Positions 1 to 13,565 of a DNA stretch of 64,000 nt are shown here, one piece after another (the first letter of the stretch is position 1; each line of letters starts with the position of its first letter). The DNA comes from Zootoca vivipara (taxonomy: Eukaryota). Under the pieces are notes generated by a model that did no database searches, was not told where the DNA came from, and worked only from the letters and a program-made list of their open reading frames with translations. The stretch spans positions 51,956,001 to 52,020,000 of the forward strand of contig NC_083279.1 of the NCBI RefSeq assembly GCF_963506605.1. Direction: 5' to 3'. The translations under genes and the position numbers were made by a program.

Positions 1-140
1 AGTCATGCTGGCCACATGACCCGGAAAAACTCTACAGACAAACATGGGCTCCCTTAGCCAGTAAAGCGAGATGAGCGCCGCAACCCCAGAGTCATTTGCG
101 ACTGGACTTAAGACTCAGGGGTCCTTTACCTATACCTTTT
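1..140 (+). mobile_element. Sauria SINE, 3' part (cut by the window edge)
   Basis: catgctggccacatgacccggaa...ccccagagtc...cctttacctatacctttt tail, same family as the full copies below. Confidence 0.88.
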
Positions 141-716
141 TAATCTACATGGGTGGGTGTAGATGGTAGACAAATGTAATGAGGTCACTTATTTCAAAGA
201 ACATAGAAAGCTACCATATGGTGGGTCCATCTTTCCATCTAGGTCAGTCTTGTCTACATAGACTGGTGGTGGCTCTCTAGGATTTCAGACAAGGATACCT
301 TCCAGCCCTACCTGCAGTTGCTAAGTTCTAAGGAACTTTATGTACAACTAGGAAGGAGCTGAGCTTTCCCTATTAACTTTTCATACTGGATAATTTTGGA
401 ACACTGGAGGCTAGAACCAACTCAGGAGGACTCAGCTGAGATCACATGCTTGGATAAGTAGGGAGTGACTTCAACAGACAGTCTTTCTGTGCCTGTTCCT
501 CCAGACAATTTGTGTGCTTTGATAATAGGAATATAGGAAGCTGCCTTATACCAAGTCAGACGATTTTGATGCTTCTGCACTGCACTTTATTATGGAGTCA
601 TTTGATTCCTGGATGATGTTTTAAACTGAAATTGAATGACAGAAAAGACTTGGAAACACAAATTAACTTAATTTACTGAAAACAGGGCATCTGCACCCAC
701 CACCACTCTAAGTTCT

Positions 717-1332
717 TTGTTGTTGTTTAGTCGTTTAGTCGTGTCCGACTCTTCGTGACCCCATGGACCATAGCACGCCAGGCACTCCTGTCTTGCACTG
801 CCTCCCGCAGTTTGGTCAAACTCATGTTCGTAGCTTCGAGAACACTGTCCAACCATCTTGTCCTCTGTCGTCCCCTTCTCCTAGTGCCCTCAATCTTTCC
901 CAACATCAGGGTCTTTTCCAAGGATTCTTCTCTTCTCATGAGGTGGCCAAAGTATTGGAGCCTCAGCTTCACGATCTGTCCTTCCAGGGAGCACTCAGGG
1001 CTGATTTCCTTAAGAATGGATAGGTTTGATCTTCTTGCAGTCCATGGGACTCTCAAGAGTCTCCTCCAGCACCAGAATTCAAAAGCATCAATTCTTCGGC
1101 GATCAGCCTTCTTTATGGTCCAGCTCTCACTTCCATACATCACTACTGGGAAAACCATAGCTTTAACTATACGGACCTTTGTAGGCAAGGTGATGTCTCT
1201 GCTTTTTAAGATGCTGTCTAGGTTTGTCATTGCTTTTCTCCCAAGAAGCAGGCGTCTTTTAATTTCGTGACTGCTGTCACCATCTGCAGTGATCAAGGAG
1301 CCCAAGAAAGTAAAATCTCTCACTGCCTTAGA
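717..1332 (-). mobile_element. BovB (RTE clade) LINE, 5'-truncated 3' end
   Basis: Uninterrupted 198-aa ORF typical of the BovB C-terminus (HEIKRRLLLGRKAMTNLDSILKSRDITLPTKV...QYFGHLMRR...VHGVTKSRTRL), a (CAA)n tail, and a 12-bp TSD actctaagttct at 705-716 and 1333-1344. Confidence 0.95.
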
Positions 1333-1999
1333 ACTCTAAGTTCTAAGTAGCCCTAATTTTGTTGTTACCGAGCTTCCACAATTCTCTTAAATCAGAATTG
1401 TGCAAAATTATATTAATAAGCAAGTTGCAGTTTAATCCTGTAAACCAGCCTTCACCAACCTGGTCCCCTCCAGATTTTGTTGGGTTACAACTCCCATCAG
1501 TGCTCTGCCAGCATGTGCTACCAGTAAGCAAATTAATCAAAGCTTCAGAGATCTGTTTTTCAAATAGAAAAAGTCAATCTGGAACTGTGACTGGCTTTAT
1601 GAATATGATAAATGAGTTTGCAATGTGAGTACCTAAGTGTCCATTAGTAAACTCTCTGCACATCGTATCACTGATGACATTGGAGAGATAACATTACAGA
1701 CTGTGATGGTTAACTCTCAACATCAGCTCTGCTGAAAAGCCCAACTGCCTTGCTTCTCTCAACTGTAACCTAGCAGCAGCCATTCCATCAGGCTGCAGTA
1801 GAGAGGAAGAGAATGGAAGCAATGCTGCTCTATCAGCTCTTTTTAGAGACCAGCTGTCTTCGGCTCTTTTTCTCCCACATCTGATACCGAGCAGTAACCA
1901 TCCTGTCAGATATCCTGAACTGTTTCCATGCTACCAGTTGTTATCAGAACTGTAACTTTTAAGAACCTGAGTTTGGTTTTTTCCTTCACCCTCCCCATT

Positions 2000-2215
2000 T
2001 AGGGTTGCCAGACTCAATAGTGGACAGGACTTCTGTGCCTTTTAATTGCCCTGCTCTCTTTTGAGTCTGGAAACCTTAAAGAGAAACCAGCAGACCCTTT
2101 GCTTGGAAATTAAACAAAGGGTCTGCTGGTTTCTCTTTAAGGTTTCCAGACTCAAAAGAGAGCAGGGCAATTAAAGGCACAGAAGTCCTGTCCACTATTG
2201 AGTCTGGCAACCCTA
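2000..2215. mobile_element. Palindromic hAT MITE (Blackjack-like TIR TAGGGTTGCCA)
   Basis: 216 bp with near-perfect ~100-bp arms and a perfect 8-bp TSD tccccatt at 1992-1999 and 2216-2223. Confidence 0.92.
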
Positions 2216-4383
2216 TCCCCATTCCTTTTTCCTTTTGTGTTGTGTCTTTCAGATTGTAAGTCTAAATGCAGGGATTGTCTCGTTTTAAAAATTGATTTGT
2301 AAGCCTTTCCAGCTGAAAAGCATAATAAAAATGCTTTAAACAAACAAACTTATTTCTTCTCATTTTTTGCATGCTTAGCAAATGACGTCTCAGGCATGGC
2401 TGCCTCTATGCTTCTAATAGTACTCTGCCTGGTGGGAAAACAAAGGGGACAATAACTCTTCAAGGATAGCACCTACCTTCCCATTGCTAGCTGTAGAGGC
2501 AATGAGGCAGAGAGATTCTTATTCAACCAATTTTTGTTGGTGTAAGACTATTCTTTTCACACACTGCATTTCAGTGGAAGGTGCAGATTCTAATAAGCTT
2601 TCGTCTCAGTTTTATGTTAAACAGCAAATATTTTATGTAGGAATCTTGGGTGTCCTCCCCCCTCCCCCATCAGCCTTTCCTCTCGTCGTTGTTTTTTGCA
2701 TGATTTCTTGCTCAGCGTATATCTCTGTGGTGGCCTGATGGAAATTTCCTTTACAGAGTTGCAGAACAAGGTGTCAAATCCTTTATAGAGATTTGTGGGT
2801 GACATCAAAAGACTTCACTTCATTGCTGTGGCAGGCTCTACCCAAGTGTCACATCTGAATCTTAATACGAAATCCACATTCGCTTAATGCCAGCTAAGCA
2901 AAGAGCAAATCCTTTCTGCAAATGACATCCTTAGATGAGCATTTGAATTAGAGCGAGCAAAATGCCAGCTTAAATTGCAAGAGAAAATGGGAAAAATGCA
3001 TGTATGATGTAATGTATTTGCTCTGTGGCCTCCCCACCCCCAGGAGAGAGTCTGCTAGCAGGAGAAAGCAGATTACTACAATTTCAATAGCCAGAGGAGT
3101 CCCAGAAAAGATTTATCTGGCTGGGGACTACTTAGGGTAGCTGGGATGCTTGGAAGAGCAGCACAGGTAGACTTTATTACGGGCTTCATACAGGCAGGTA
3201 CAACTTGTGTCCTATCAAACTTATTAGCTGTGCTTTGGGGGGCAGCTGAGGCTTGGCAACCCTCCAATTTTGCAGTCTAAGTAGGCAGCGAAAACAAAGG
3301 GTATGGAGTCACTGGCGAGCTGGGTGTCTGGTGGGGCAGGCTCACAAGTTGCACAAGCTTTTGACTACACAACTTTTGACTGCAGCCGCTCCAGTGACAG
3401 TGCCTCATCAGTGCCCAGATTATTGCACAGCTTACCTGGTCTGTACCGTGATGTGTCAGCAGTGGGACCCAGAAATGTCTTTGAGAAAGATATTCACACA
3501 CCCATGGGTGCTCATATTACTGCATTCATGGTCTGCTTGTGGGTTTTTCAGTGACATCTAGTTGGCTGCTATGAGAACAGGATGTTGGAATAGATCCACC
3601 TTTGGCCTGATCTAGCATAGCTCTTCTTGTGGGGAAATTGCAGTGAAACATAACTATGCATGAGTGCTTGTTAATGCATGAAGGGGTTAAGACCACAGAG
3701 TTGTCATGCTAGCCTCAGTTAGGTTACACACCCTCACTTCTGATGAGGGAGGAAGTGAAGCTGCTTTTCTTCTTGTTTCTTCATTCTCTTCATGCCATGT
3801 AATTGACCAGAAAGGATGTGCCTGAGTTCGGACTGCATACTTGAAGATAACTTTATGTATTTTGTAACCCAGGAGTATTCTGTGTTCTCCTTGCAGCTGC
3901 ATGGAATAACACATGAATCAGACCTTTTGATTTTTTAAGTAAATCATTTTAAACTTAGCAAGGTGTGGTCTGCTCATTGCCAGAAGCATAGAGAAATGGG
4001 CAAGAGTTGTAAGCAAACTAAAAGGGATATCAAAAGAGATTTAGCAACCTTTATTTCCATGCTGTACTGCTGCTTAACTCTAAGACTGGTTTAAACTTTG
4101 CTGGGGGCTGTCACCTGCTGGAGAGTGTGCAAAGTCCCACATTTTGAATCCAGGCGTCCAGCTGATTTTTTAAAAAAAATTATTCACACATGTGCCATGG
4201 ATCTTATTTTCATCCCACACTTCTTATATGCAAAAAGGCAACCCCTACAGGTACCAGTATATTTGGAGCTTTAAAGCTTAGATCCTGCACACAGTATTGT
4301 ACTCAGAAATAGACCAGGACAAATTGTAGTTAAGACTGACAAATATATATTCCCTGTACGTGATCCTCGTCAATGTTCCAGCT

Positions 4384-4518
4384 CAGGCATCCCCAAACTT
4401 CGGCCCTCCAGATGTTTTGGACTACATTTCCCATCTTCCCCAACCACTGGTCCTGTTAGCTAGGGATCATGGGAGTTGTAGGCCAAAACATCTGGAGGGC
4501 CGCAGTTTGGGATGCCTG
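4384..4518. mobile_element. hAT (Charlie-like) MITE
   Basis: TIRs caggcatcccc-aaact / agtttgggatgcctg, an internal inverted ccctccagatgttttgg pair, and an 8-bp TSD ttccagct / ttctagct. Confidence 0.88.
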
Positions 4519-7500
4519 TTCTAGCTGCTGTGTTTTGTACCAATTTTAATTCTTGAACAGAGGTGGCCCCATGCAGAATGCATCATAGAGGGATTTTACC
4601 AGTACATGGATTACATTCCGAAAGCTAGTTTTCCAGTGATCATGAGAATATCTCTTGCCCCTAATTCCCATTGATGAAACATTAACTGATCATCAGCATG
4701 CCCTGAGCCTAATAAATTAACCAGTATTTCTAACACCACTCTGAGGAGTTATTAAGACAGTGACCCTGGCCTGAAGCTTAGCGCATGGTAGATGATTGGC
4801 AGAGGTGTGCATCCAGCCCCTAAAAGAATCCCTTTCCCAAATGCACAGATGTATCTCAATATTTGTAGTTCCTGTCTTTTGATTCCATACGTAATGTGTT
4901 CTTCATTATGGTGTTAGACGCTTTCCAAGTGGCAAGTAGACAAATAGTCTGCACACAATTGGCCTGTGAAGTACTATTTCAAATTCTTTGACTGCTTCCA
5001 TGGGACAGATCTCCCACACTACAGAATCACAGGGTGAAGAAATAGAAATAGAAAGCAGAACCTATAGTCTGTTATTAGTTGCGGCCTAGAATAACTCTGG
5101 CTCTATTCTCCCCCACCCAAGCACCAGTCACAGAAATGATAAACATGAAGTACAGCTGAAGTAAAAAAGAAAAAAAAGGGCTCACCCCACCCCAAGGGAC
5201 TTCTAGTGTAGAATTGTTGAATGAGGGATGTCCTCAGTTTCCTGTCACGGTCATGACAAAAAGGGGCTGTTTAAATCATTTCTGCTGCACAATTTCCTTT
5301 GGAATCAGAGGGAAAGCTTTGGGTGGTGGTAAAGGAAAGGAAGATTCAGGCCAACCTCTCCCACAATGGAACAGCTGCCAAGTCTACAGGGATACTGTGC
5401 TCTCCAGCCCTGGTTGCAGGCCTGTGTGTCTCCCTTTGATCTAGCAGCAAGTAGTTCTGTGGGCCCCAGGAGGCCTCAGAGGTGCTGAAAGCTTTGATTT
5501 GAGAAGGGCCAGTTCCACCACAGGCTTTGGATCTTCCAGCTGCTTCAAATCTCATCTGACTTGAAATTTAACAAACAAGTATCTTGAGCCAAATGCAAAC
5601 ATTTGCAAAGCATTATTCTGTCTCGGCAGTTCAGGATGACAGTTTATTTTTAAGTTCATTTCAAAAGCTTTTTTGTCTTTCAACGTTTTTTGTTTTTTAA
5701 GAAATAGCTCAGTGGATAGTTTTTCTCCTTTGTGTAGTGGTGGTCCTTTTGCAGCCTAAAAAAAAGGATAATTGGTTCTATTATATGATGGGGAAATGCT
5801 GCTGAATCTCCAAAGTTACCCTCTCACTGCTGCCTCCTTGATAAGGGTAGCAACTGAAAAGAAGGGCTGTACAGGGCAGGGTGGGGGGTACTACCTATGT
5901 GTGGGGTTTGTTCCAGACTCTGAGCAGATGGTGGCAATGATTGCCATCCTCTGCTGTCTACCTCTTCTTGCCATTGTGCAAGCACAGATTCTCCTGGACC
6001 AACAGCCCTGGGATGCTCGCCTGTTTCATATTATTGCTTTTAACGATGAGGGAATCAAATGCACAAAACACTCCAGCTGCAAGAAAACGTTTGCAACACT
6101 CAGAATTACAAAATGTTTATGTTGGAAATGTGTAATTTCCCCCTTAGCTAGAGTGACAAATGTGACAAGTGTGGTGTGTGATGCGATCATAGAAGCATCA
6201 TCACGAGCACTTATTAGATGGTGCCGATGACAAGCCAGACAGATGCAGAACATTTTATGAAGTAATTTTTAGTTTATTTTGGTTTTTTGAGGCTCTGAGG
6301 GTTTCCCATTGTCTGCAAGTATTCATCTAGATCTCCCCAGAAAGGCCCATTTTCCCCACAGCAGAGCTCTTTGTTAACTGATTCGCTTTGGAGGAAACGG
6401 CCTTGCAGTGGGGAGGAAAGCTGTATCGCTATTTTCCAACATTTGTTTGGGGGCTCATCCTGTTCCTGTCCTTTAAAAATCATTAGGGCACCAATGGACA
6501 TTGCAGTTGCTTTGACTCACATACCATTGCTCTGCTAGCCCCTTCATTCACCTCTTATAGCAAGTCAAAATATTTGCCCTAAAGTCAGTAGGATATGAGG
6601 TTGGGTGGATAGGAACAGAGGTTGGCTCAGAGCTCTTAAAGGGGCAGGCACCAAGTGAAGACCAAGCGTTTCTACTACCCACAATGGACAGTGGTGCTTG
6701 GGGAACAAGAGTGGCATTCTGCTATCTAAAACATGATTAATGTATTTTCCAGCAGTTGCACCAGTTTCTCATATAGGGTCTGGTTAGAAATAACAATAAA
6801 AAATATTTTGAATATACAGCCCTGTGGTGTGCCACATTTTGATGGCATTGTAGTAAACTTTAAAGACATCTAAAGCCTAAGACCTATTTCCTTTGTACTC
6901 AATCTTTGAAATCTGCATCTTTTGATGAAACGAACTGGCAGCTTCTAGGCTTTTAACTAACAGGCTAACGCTGCTTTGTCATTCCTGATTCTGGATCCTG
7001 TCTCGTGATCAAAAGAAAACAAAAGGAAATTCTATATCAAAGCTATCATCTTCCAAATACTTGTGTATTTCTTTAATTTCTTGCATGTGAGCTGATCCCA
7101 AAAGGAATTGTGCTGGGTATTTAATGTTAAGCATATGCATATACATGTTTATAGGATCATGGCCAAGGAGATATTCATTTCCCCATATCTAGTTTGCATT
7201 TGCTGTCAGAAGGTTTGTAGGCCTTTAAAGCAGTGTGCTCTGGGAGCTCTCCAGATCTTAAACATTTTGTGATGTTAATTACATTTAAAAGCTATTGGTT
7301 TTGCAGACAGTTTGGTTCCCTGCCAAGCTGTGTCTCCAGCTGAACTGTCTTGAGTTCTGTTTTATATCACTGCATTGGTATTGTCAGTCTTCCTGTCCCA
7401 AATCACCAAACTCCAGGTGTGTATCTGACTTGTCTGCATTTTGCTCAGGGTTACACAAACTTTTTAAAGGCTTAAGGGCTTCAGTGCAGAGCACAAGGCC

Positions 7501-7921
7501 TGGTTATACTCATCTGTGTGCATCATGACCCAGGGGGAGACCCTTCAAGATTTTCAATAGCAACCACAAGGAGTTAGCCCTGGAATTTTCATCTGTGCCT
7601 GAAATAGTTTATTTTGCAATCTGGCAATTTACAAAATGACACACACAGAGAGATGCAGTGGGTCTCCACTAACCCACAGGACTGGTGCTCTGGGAGTTGT
7701 TGCTTTCAACATTTGTCTATATTAAAAATATGTGCTTCATTTAAATCATTGTCTACCAGGGCTATATTTGTGCTGGAGTATTGACCATCAATTGAAGCTG
7801 GCTTCTGTAGCTCCAGTGGGCTCATACAAAACCATGAATGACACATAAATACTTTAGAGGAATGCTGCACACTTTACAGCCTTGCTGTATTATTAGCACA
7901 ATCATCACAGCGTCACTTCAG

Positions 7922-8276
7922 GTAAAAGGTAAAGGGCCCCCGACCATCAGGTCCAGTCGTGTCCGACTCTGGGGTTGTGGCGCTCATCTCGCTCTATAGG
8001 CCGAGGGAGCCGGCATTTGTCCGCAGACAGCTTCCGGGTCATGTGGCCAGCATGACAAAGCTGCTTCTGACAAATCAGAGCAGCGCATGGAAACGCCGTT
8101 TACCTTCCTGCCGGAGTGGTACCTATTTATCTACTTGCACTTTGACATGCTTTCGAACTGCTAGGTTGGCAGGAGCTGGGACTGAGCAATGGGAGCTCAC
8201 CCCGCTGCAGGGATTCGAACCACCGACCTTCTGATCAGCAAGCCCTAGACTTTGTGGTTTAACCCACAGCGCCACC
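7922..8276 (-). mobile_element. Sauria SINE
   Basis: tRNA-derived head with A box and B box (GGTTCGAATCC) on the minus strand, an (ACCTTT)n tail, and TSD tcacttcag at 7913-7921 and 8277-8285. Confidence 0.93.
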
Positions 8277-9599
8277 TCACTTCAGAGCAGGTATTAACTC
8301 CAATAACAAACCCATCAGCACAGTGACTCTATCACCAAACCCTAGGATCAGACTGCTTGGGAGATTTAAATATTTCCTTTACACTACAAAGTTGTGGTGC
8401 AATCCTAGAGCATATTTACTCAGAAATAAGTCCCACATTATTCAGTATGGCTTAACCCCAAAAGGTGTGCATAGGACTGCAGCTTCACGGGAAAAGTAAA
8501 GGAATTTGAAGTTCTGAAATGTACAATTCTGCGCAATTTAGTAAACTACGAACAGGCACAGACTACCATTGTTTCTCATTTCTTCTCTTCAGCACTGAGG
8601 GCGGGGAGAAGGTGTTTCAGTCAAATAAAAACTGCAGATAGACAAGTCACCAACCTGTAGTTACAAGTCATTGACCTTGCCTGCACCCTGCTGCTAGAAT
8701 TATTTCTGTGTACATGCATTTGCCTGAAGGGTCTGAATTGGGAGACTGTGTTCTCTGTAGTGCCCTGGGATTTCAGTCATTCTGTTTAGAGTGACATGAG
8801 ATTCAGCCACAGCAAAGAAGCATCAGCTCTGTTGCTCTAGTAACAAAGTGATGGACCGCAAGGTCAGTTACACGCATTAAATGGCAACTGTTGTCACTGT
8901 GCAGACCACGTATGTGCCTGTACAGACACTATGAATAACTACAGGTTATCTAACTAGCTTCCTCCATGGCTAGATAAATGTACGGTAATTCTTCCAAAAT
9001 ACTGGGTACGTTAACATTTGTTTTTTGTTTTGTTTTTTAATCAAGTTTATAAATAAGTTCCCTGAGACCTTGAAACACAACTCTCTCTGATTAGCACATT
9101 TGCTTCAACCAAAGCTGTGAAACTGTTCTTTCATAGCATTAACCTTTTGCTTAATTTGATTTTTTTTCCTGGAAACAGAGGTTTCAGTAGACCTATTGTA
9201 TTTGCCTTAACCTGCATTAATTAAATAACCTATTTGCATTAATTTTATTTAATCCAAAGTACTTGAATGTCCTTGATTGCTACATAGGAAATTATTACTG
9301 GCGTGACGGATGATTCTGTTGCTTTTCAAGGATGAATATTCTGGTTTGGCCACAGAGATCCTGTGAACAGGAGTTTTCCCATTAAAAACAGAGGCAGAAG
9401 CTCCATGCGTACATCCTTTTGGACATGCTAATAACTGAGCTACTACCTCAGGCCACTTCCAGATTGTTCCTATTTTGTGGGTGTGATTCATTTGTACAAT
9501 TAAAAGTGGATTTGGTGCTCTTGTGCAAAACCCTTGATTACAAACAAGAAATAACCCCAGGACAGGAAAATAAACCATATTTTGTGCAAACGAATCAGG

Positions 9600-9945
9600 A
9601 CAAATGCTCAATAAACAGGTTGTGTGAAAGAGGCTCAACTGAATTAAATGGGAAGTCAATGACTAAACAGGATGCTTTGTTAAATAGATAAAACATATTG
9701 CTGTGAAAAACTATGAAGTTAGGGGAAAATAACCACTCAGGGATTAGGCCTTGGGGTTGTTTCAAGCAGGGTTGTGGTTGTTTTCTCCCCACGAGTGACC
9801 AGGGGAAAGGAAGTAGAAGTGAGTTGATTAAATTTGCAGATAACACCAAGTTTGCAGGCATTGTTAATAAAGAGACAGATTTGGAAGTTATGTAGGAGGA
9901 ATTGGATGATCTCATGAACTGGAGTAAAAGAAATTTGATAGTACA
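9600..9945 (+). mobile_element. Old CR1-type LINE reverse-transcriptase fragment
   Basis: Translation LIKFADNTKFAGIVN...DLEVM*EELDDLMNWS resembles the CR1 KFADDTKL...DLD.L..W motif, with stops. Confidence 0.65.
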
Positions 9946-10435
9946 ACACATATGTTATACATCTGGAGACCAGTACTAAATTTTGTGTATGTGTGTCAGA
10001 GACTTACCAGCTGAAAATCATGAGAATAAGAAGGTATATTGGAGTAGTGGCAGGGTGGACTATGAGAAGTGTGTTTGTGTTTTTAAATGGAAATTCTTCC
10101 TCAGTGTTGGCTCTGTAGACAAGAAGCTCTCAGTGGTCCTCTTGCCTGATTACACATACTTCCTCGCTGCTGTTACCACTTGGTCCAGCATCAGAGGTCA
10201 GCATAGTTGGGCACATGCCAAGGGCTGGGGGCTTAGAAGGAGCCATTAGCAACCAAAACCTGCTGATCATTAAGGACCAATGCTCATTGCTGGGTTCCCG
10301 TGCTAGAGCTCTGAGCAGCAGTACTGCTGCCTGCTGCATCCAGCCCCACCCCTCATTTCACTTTCCAGCCCATGGGATACAAGCTTCCCCTTGGCTCTGA
10401 TTCATGGCAGCCACCCATCATTAGATTATCCTAAA

Positions 10436-10554
10436 TGAGGTCAGTTGGTTAGAGGATGATGCTGATAATGCCAAGGTTGCAGGTTCAATCCCTGTATGGG
10501 ACAGCTGTATATTCCTGCATTGCAGGGTCCCTTCCAACTCTATAATTCTATGAT
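10436..10554 (+). mobile_element. tRNA-derived SINE with CR1-like tail (internally deleted)
   Basis: tcagttggttagag...gcaggttcaatccc A/B boxes followed by an ...ggtcccttccaactctataattctatga tail. Confidence 0.7.
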
Positions 10555-10804
10555 ACCATCAATGTTGAGTTGGGTAATCTACATGGTGGACAGCCACTGC
10601 AAATCAGAGCCAAACACTGACTTGACTTTAATTCAGAAGTGCCAGCAGCAACAGAACATAGCAGCTGCCTCCCCAGCAAACATGTCCAGGGTAAGCAGAG
10701 TAACTGGAGGAATTGGTGGGGACATCACAGAGCAGCACCATGCAGGAATACAAGCTGGTGTTGGGTGAGGACCTATCAGCCGCACCATACCAAGGACCCA
10801 CAGA

Positions 10805-10951
10805 TAGGGTTGCCAGACTCAATAGAGGACAGGACTTCTGTGCCTTTCATTGCCCTGCTCTCTTTTGAGTCTGGAAACCTTAAAGAGAAACCAGCAGACC
10901 CTTTGCTTGGAAATTAAACAAAGGGTCTGCTGGTTTCTCTTTAAGGTTTCC
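10805..10951. mobile_element. Truncated second copy of the 2000-2215 palindromic hAT MITE
   Basis: Nearly identical left arm and loop; the right arm stops after ggtttcc. Confidence 0.9.
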
Positions 10952-12087
10952 TTGGCAGTTGCCCAACATTGCCAAAGCCTGGCACCATCCCTGGGCTGCA
11001 TGAAGGTGGTCGAGAGTCTGTCTCAAAAAAAAGCTGAACATTGAAAAGAAGCTCAAACATCTTCATGGGAATGGGGAGGCCCTACAAGGATGCAAAAGCA
11101 AAGAGATCTTATGCTGCTCCCTCTGCTTCCCCTCCCTGTTTTCCATCCCAATCCAGGATTCAAGAGAAAGATGCACCATCAGTTTGTAGAGCAGGAAACA
11201 AAGAGTCATCGGACATTGTTCCGCACTGGTTCTGCTGTAAATTTCTGCAATTCCCTGATGAAAAACAATAATTTGGTCTGTATGTCTTAGGGGAGCAGGG
11301 GTAAGAGAAGTGCAGTTAAGTTCATTTGTGCAAGAAAGCCCCATGTGTATTGCCAGCATGGCCTTTTCAGCTATTTATATATGATGAAATCTCTGCGTAT
11401 TCTCCAGACTTGGTATGTGTGCATTCAGCATACCTGGAAAGCCGTGCATAATGTCATTTTGCTGACACAATGCCTGTTTAGAAGCCCATAAACTATACGT
11501 AAACCTCGTTCTCCAAACCAGAAAAATAGCTGTCTGAGTGCTCAAATTGTGGTGAAGGCAGTAACAACAAGCAAGAGGAGATGTTGCCTGCCACCAACAC
11601 CCCACATGTTCAGTGGTGTGTCAAAGTGTACTTGTCAGCCAGCAGGAAATTGGCTGTTGAGTGCACTTTCACTACAGAATTACACCCAGCACAGAGAAAG
11701 AACTAAAGAGAACCTGCAGGCTCCATATATTGCTCTAATACATCATCAGACTTTGCTGGCCGAGGCTGATGGGAGTTGTAGTTCAACAACATCTTCAGGG
11801 CCATTGGTTGTCCATCCCTGAAAGCCTGGCTTATATGAAGTGGAACCAGGCAATATAGCAGATTGCACCACTTCAACTGAGAGAACCATTTTGTAAGGTC
11901 CCCTTACCTTGAAAAAGAAAAAAAGCAAGCAACAGCAGCAAGTAGTCACTCACTGCAAGTAAAAAGCTAGCATGATAAGGAGGAAGAATGCAGCTTTAGG
12001 CCATTCCCTGCTGTGCTAGTTTTCTTCTTAAAGGAAGAAGTTTTGAACAATGTGATTCCTCCACCTACTCTCTGAAATATTACAGTA

Positions 12088-12437
12088 AAAGGTAAAGGGA
12101 CCCCTGTCCATTAGGTCCAGTCGCAGATGACTCTGGGGTTGCGGCGCTCATCTCGCTTTATTGGCCAAGGAAGCTGGCGTACAGCTTCCAGGTTATGTGG
12201 CCAGCATGACAAAGCCGCTTCTGGAGAACCAGAGCAGCGCACAGAAACGCCGTTTACCTTTCCGCCAGAGCAGTACCTATTTACCTACTTGCACTTTGAT
12301 GTGTTTTCGAACTGCTAGGTTGGCAGGAGCAGGGACTGAGCAACGGGAGCTCACCCCATCACGGGGATTCGAACTGCCGACCTTCTGATCGGCAAGCCCT
12401 AGGCTCTGTGGTTTAACCCACAGCGCCACCCACATCC
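12088..12437 (-). mobile_element. Sauria SINE, full length
   Basis: Same head and tail as the other copies; 16-bp TSD ctgaaatattacagta at 12072-12087 and 12438-12453. Confidence 0.95.
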
Positions 12438-12517
12438 CTGAAATATTACAGTACCATCTCTCAATTTTGCCACCCAATTTCCATCTCATTCTGTTTAAAA
12501 TGTACAGCCCACTTAGA

Positions 12518-12575
12518 CAGGTCTTGTAAGGTGTTCCTACATCAAGCAGGTCTTGTAAGGTGTTCCTACTCCAAG
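12518..12575. repeat. 29-bp tandem duplication
   Basis: caggtcttgtaaggtgttcctac(at/tc)caag occurs twice in tandem. Confidence 0.9.
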
Positions 12576-13399
12576 CAGTGTTTCAGTATCCACTTGGCCT
12601 CCATTTGCTTTTCTTGATATATTATGAAACTGAAGCATGCTTGGAAATTAACTGGGGAAACTACAGCAGCATAATGTGTTAATGGTTGAGAGGATTCATT
12701 TGGAAATAAAAACACTGCTTTAGGTAAAAGTGGTGTACTGTTACTTTACATCTCACCCCATTTTAATTCCTGTTTAGGGTGGGCCCAAAACATTTTGCTG
12801 CCTGAGGCAAAGTGGAAATTAACCAAAGGCAAACCAAGTGATTTTGGTACCTGTTCCTGAGGCAGAAAATTGCACAAGTAGCTTTCCTTCTCCTTATCAG
12901 AAATAATCTTTTTTTAAAAAAAACCTCACCATTTGCTGCTCTTTCATAATGTCTCAAATCCTTTGACTTTCAGTTCATTAAAATGTATGGCTTCAGTGAA
13001 TTGCTTTAAGGCAATTCAATACAATACAACTGTAAAAACTGAATGAATGGTTAACAAACAAGAGGGTTTGAATAAAAAAAGATTACCGTCTTGAATCAAG
13101 GACCCAGTCTAGATGGATAAGGAGTAGAGCAGGCCCTACTTACTTCCCCGGGAGCTCAGATCATTCAAAGGTCATTGTGTATCTTGAGGGAAAATTCTGC
13201 TCACTTCTGCATACCAGAGATAACAATCCTGCTAATTGTGTACATGGTGATCACTTACCCAGGACCCAAGTTTGCCAGGAGTTTTTCCTTTGTTTCTCTT
13301 TTCATCTCACTTCAGCATCTTTATCATCTTCTTGAATGTGTAAGCAAATCAGAGGCTTGAGTCAGTTAAGGACTTTTTAACTAAAAATGATTGTTCATG

Positions 13400-13565
13400 T
13401 AAACAAATCATGGGTGGCTACTGAACTCATCTATGCTGTCCTATATCCATGCCCTTCCGTGGACAGAAGCTGATCAGACAGGCTGTTGACCCTTATTTCA
13501 AAACTGGTGATGAGACAGTGTCCTTCACTGCAGGCTGGCTTAAGAGGTTCAGGGCAAGCTGCGTG
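13400..13565 (+). mobile_element. Decayed Tigger/pogo transposase fragment (CENP-B-type HTH)
   Basis: Peptide PFRGQKLIRQAVDPYFKTGDETVSFTAGWLKRFRAS resembles the F.AS.GWL.RF motif. No TIRs located. Confidence 0.45.

Noticed and set aside
755-1270. 171-aa plus-strand ORF
   Set aside because: It is the antisense frame of the BovB ORF.
2860-3000. Enhancer-like, TE-free AT-rich blocks (also ~21260-21420)
   Set aside because: Conservation cannot be assessed from a single sequence.
7959-8234. Recurrent ORFs containing HVASMTK...CFRTARLAGAG
   Set aside because: Translations of Sauria SINE copies, not a gene family.
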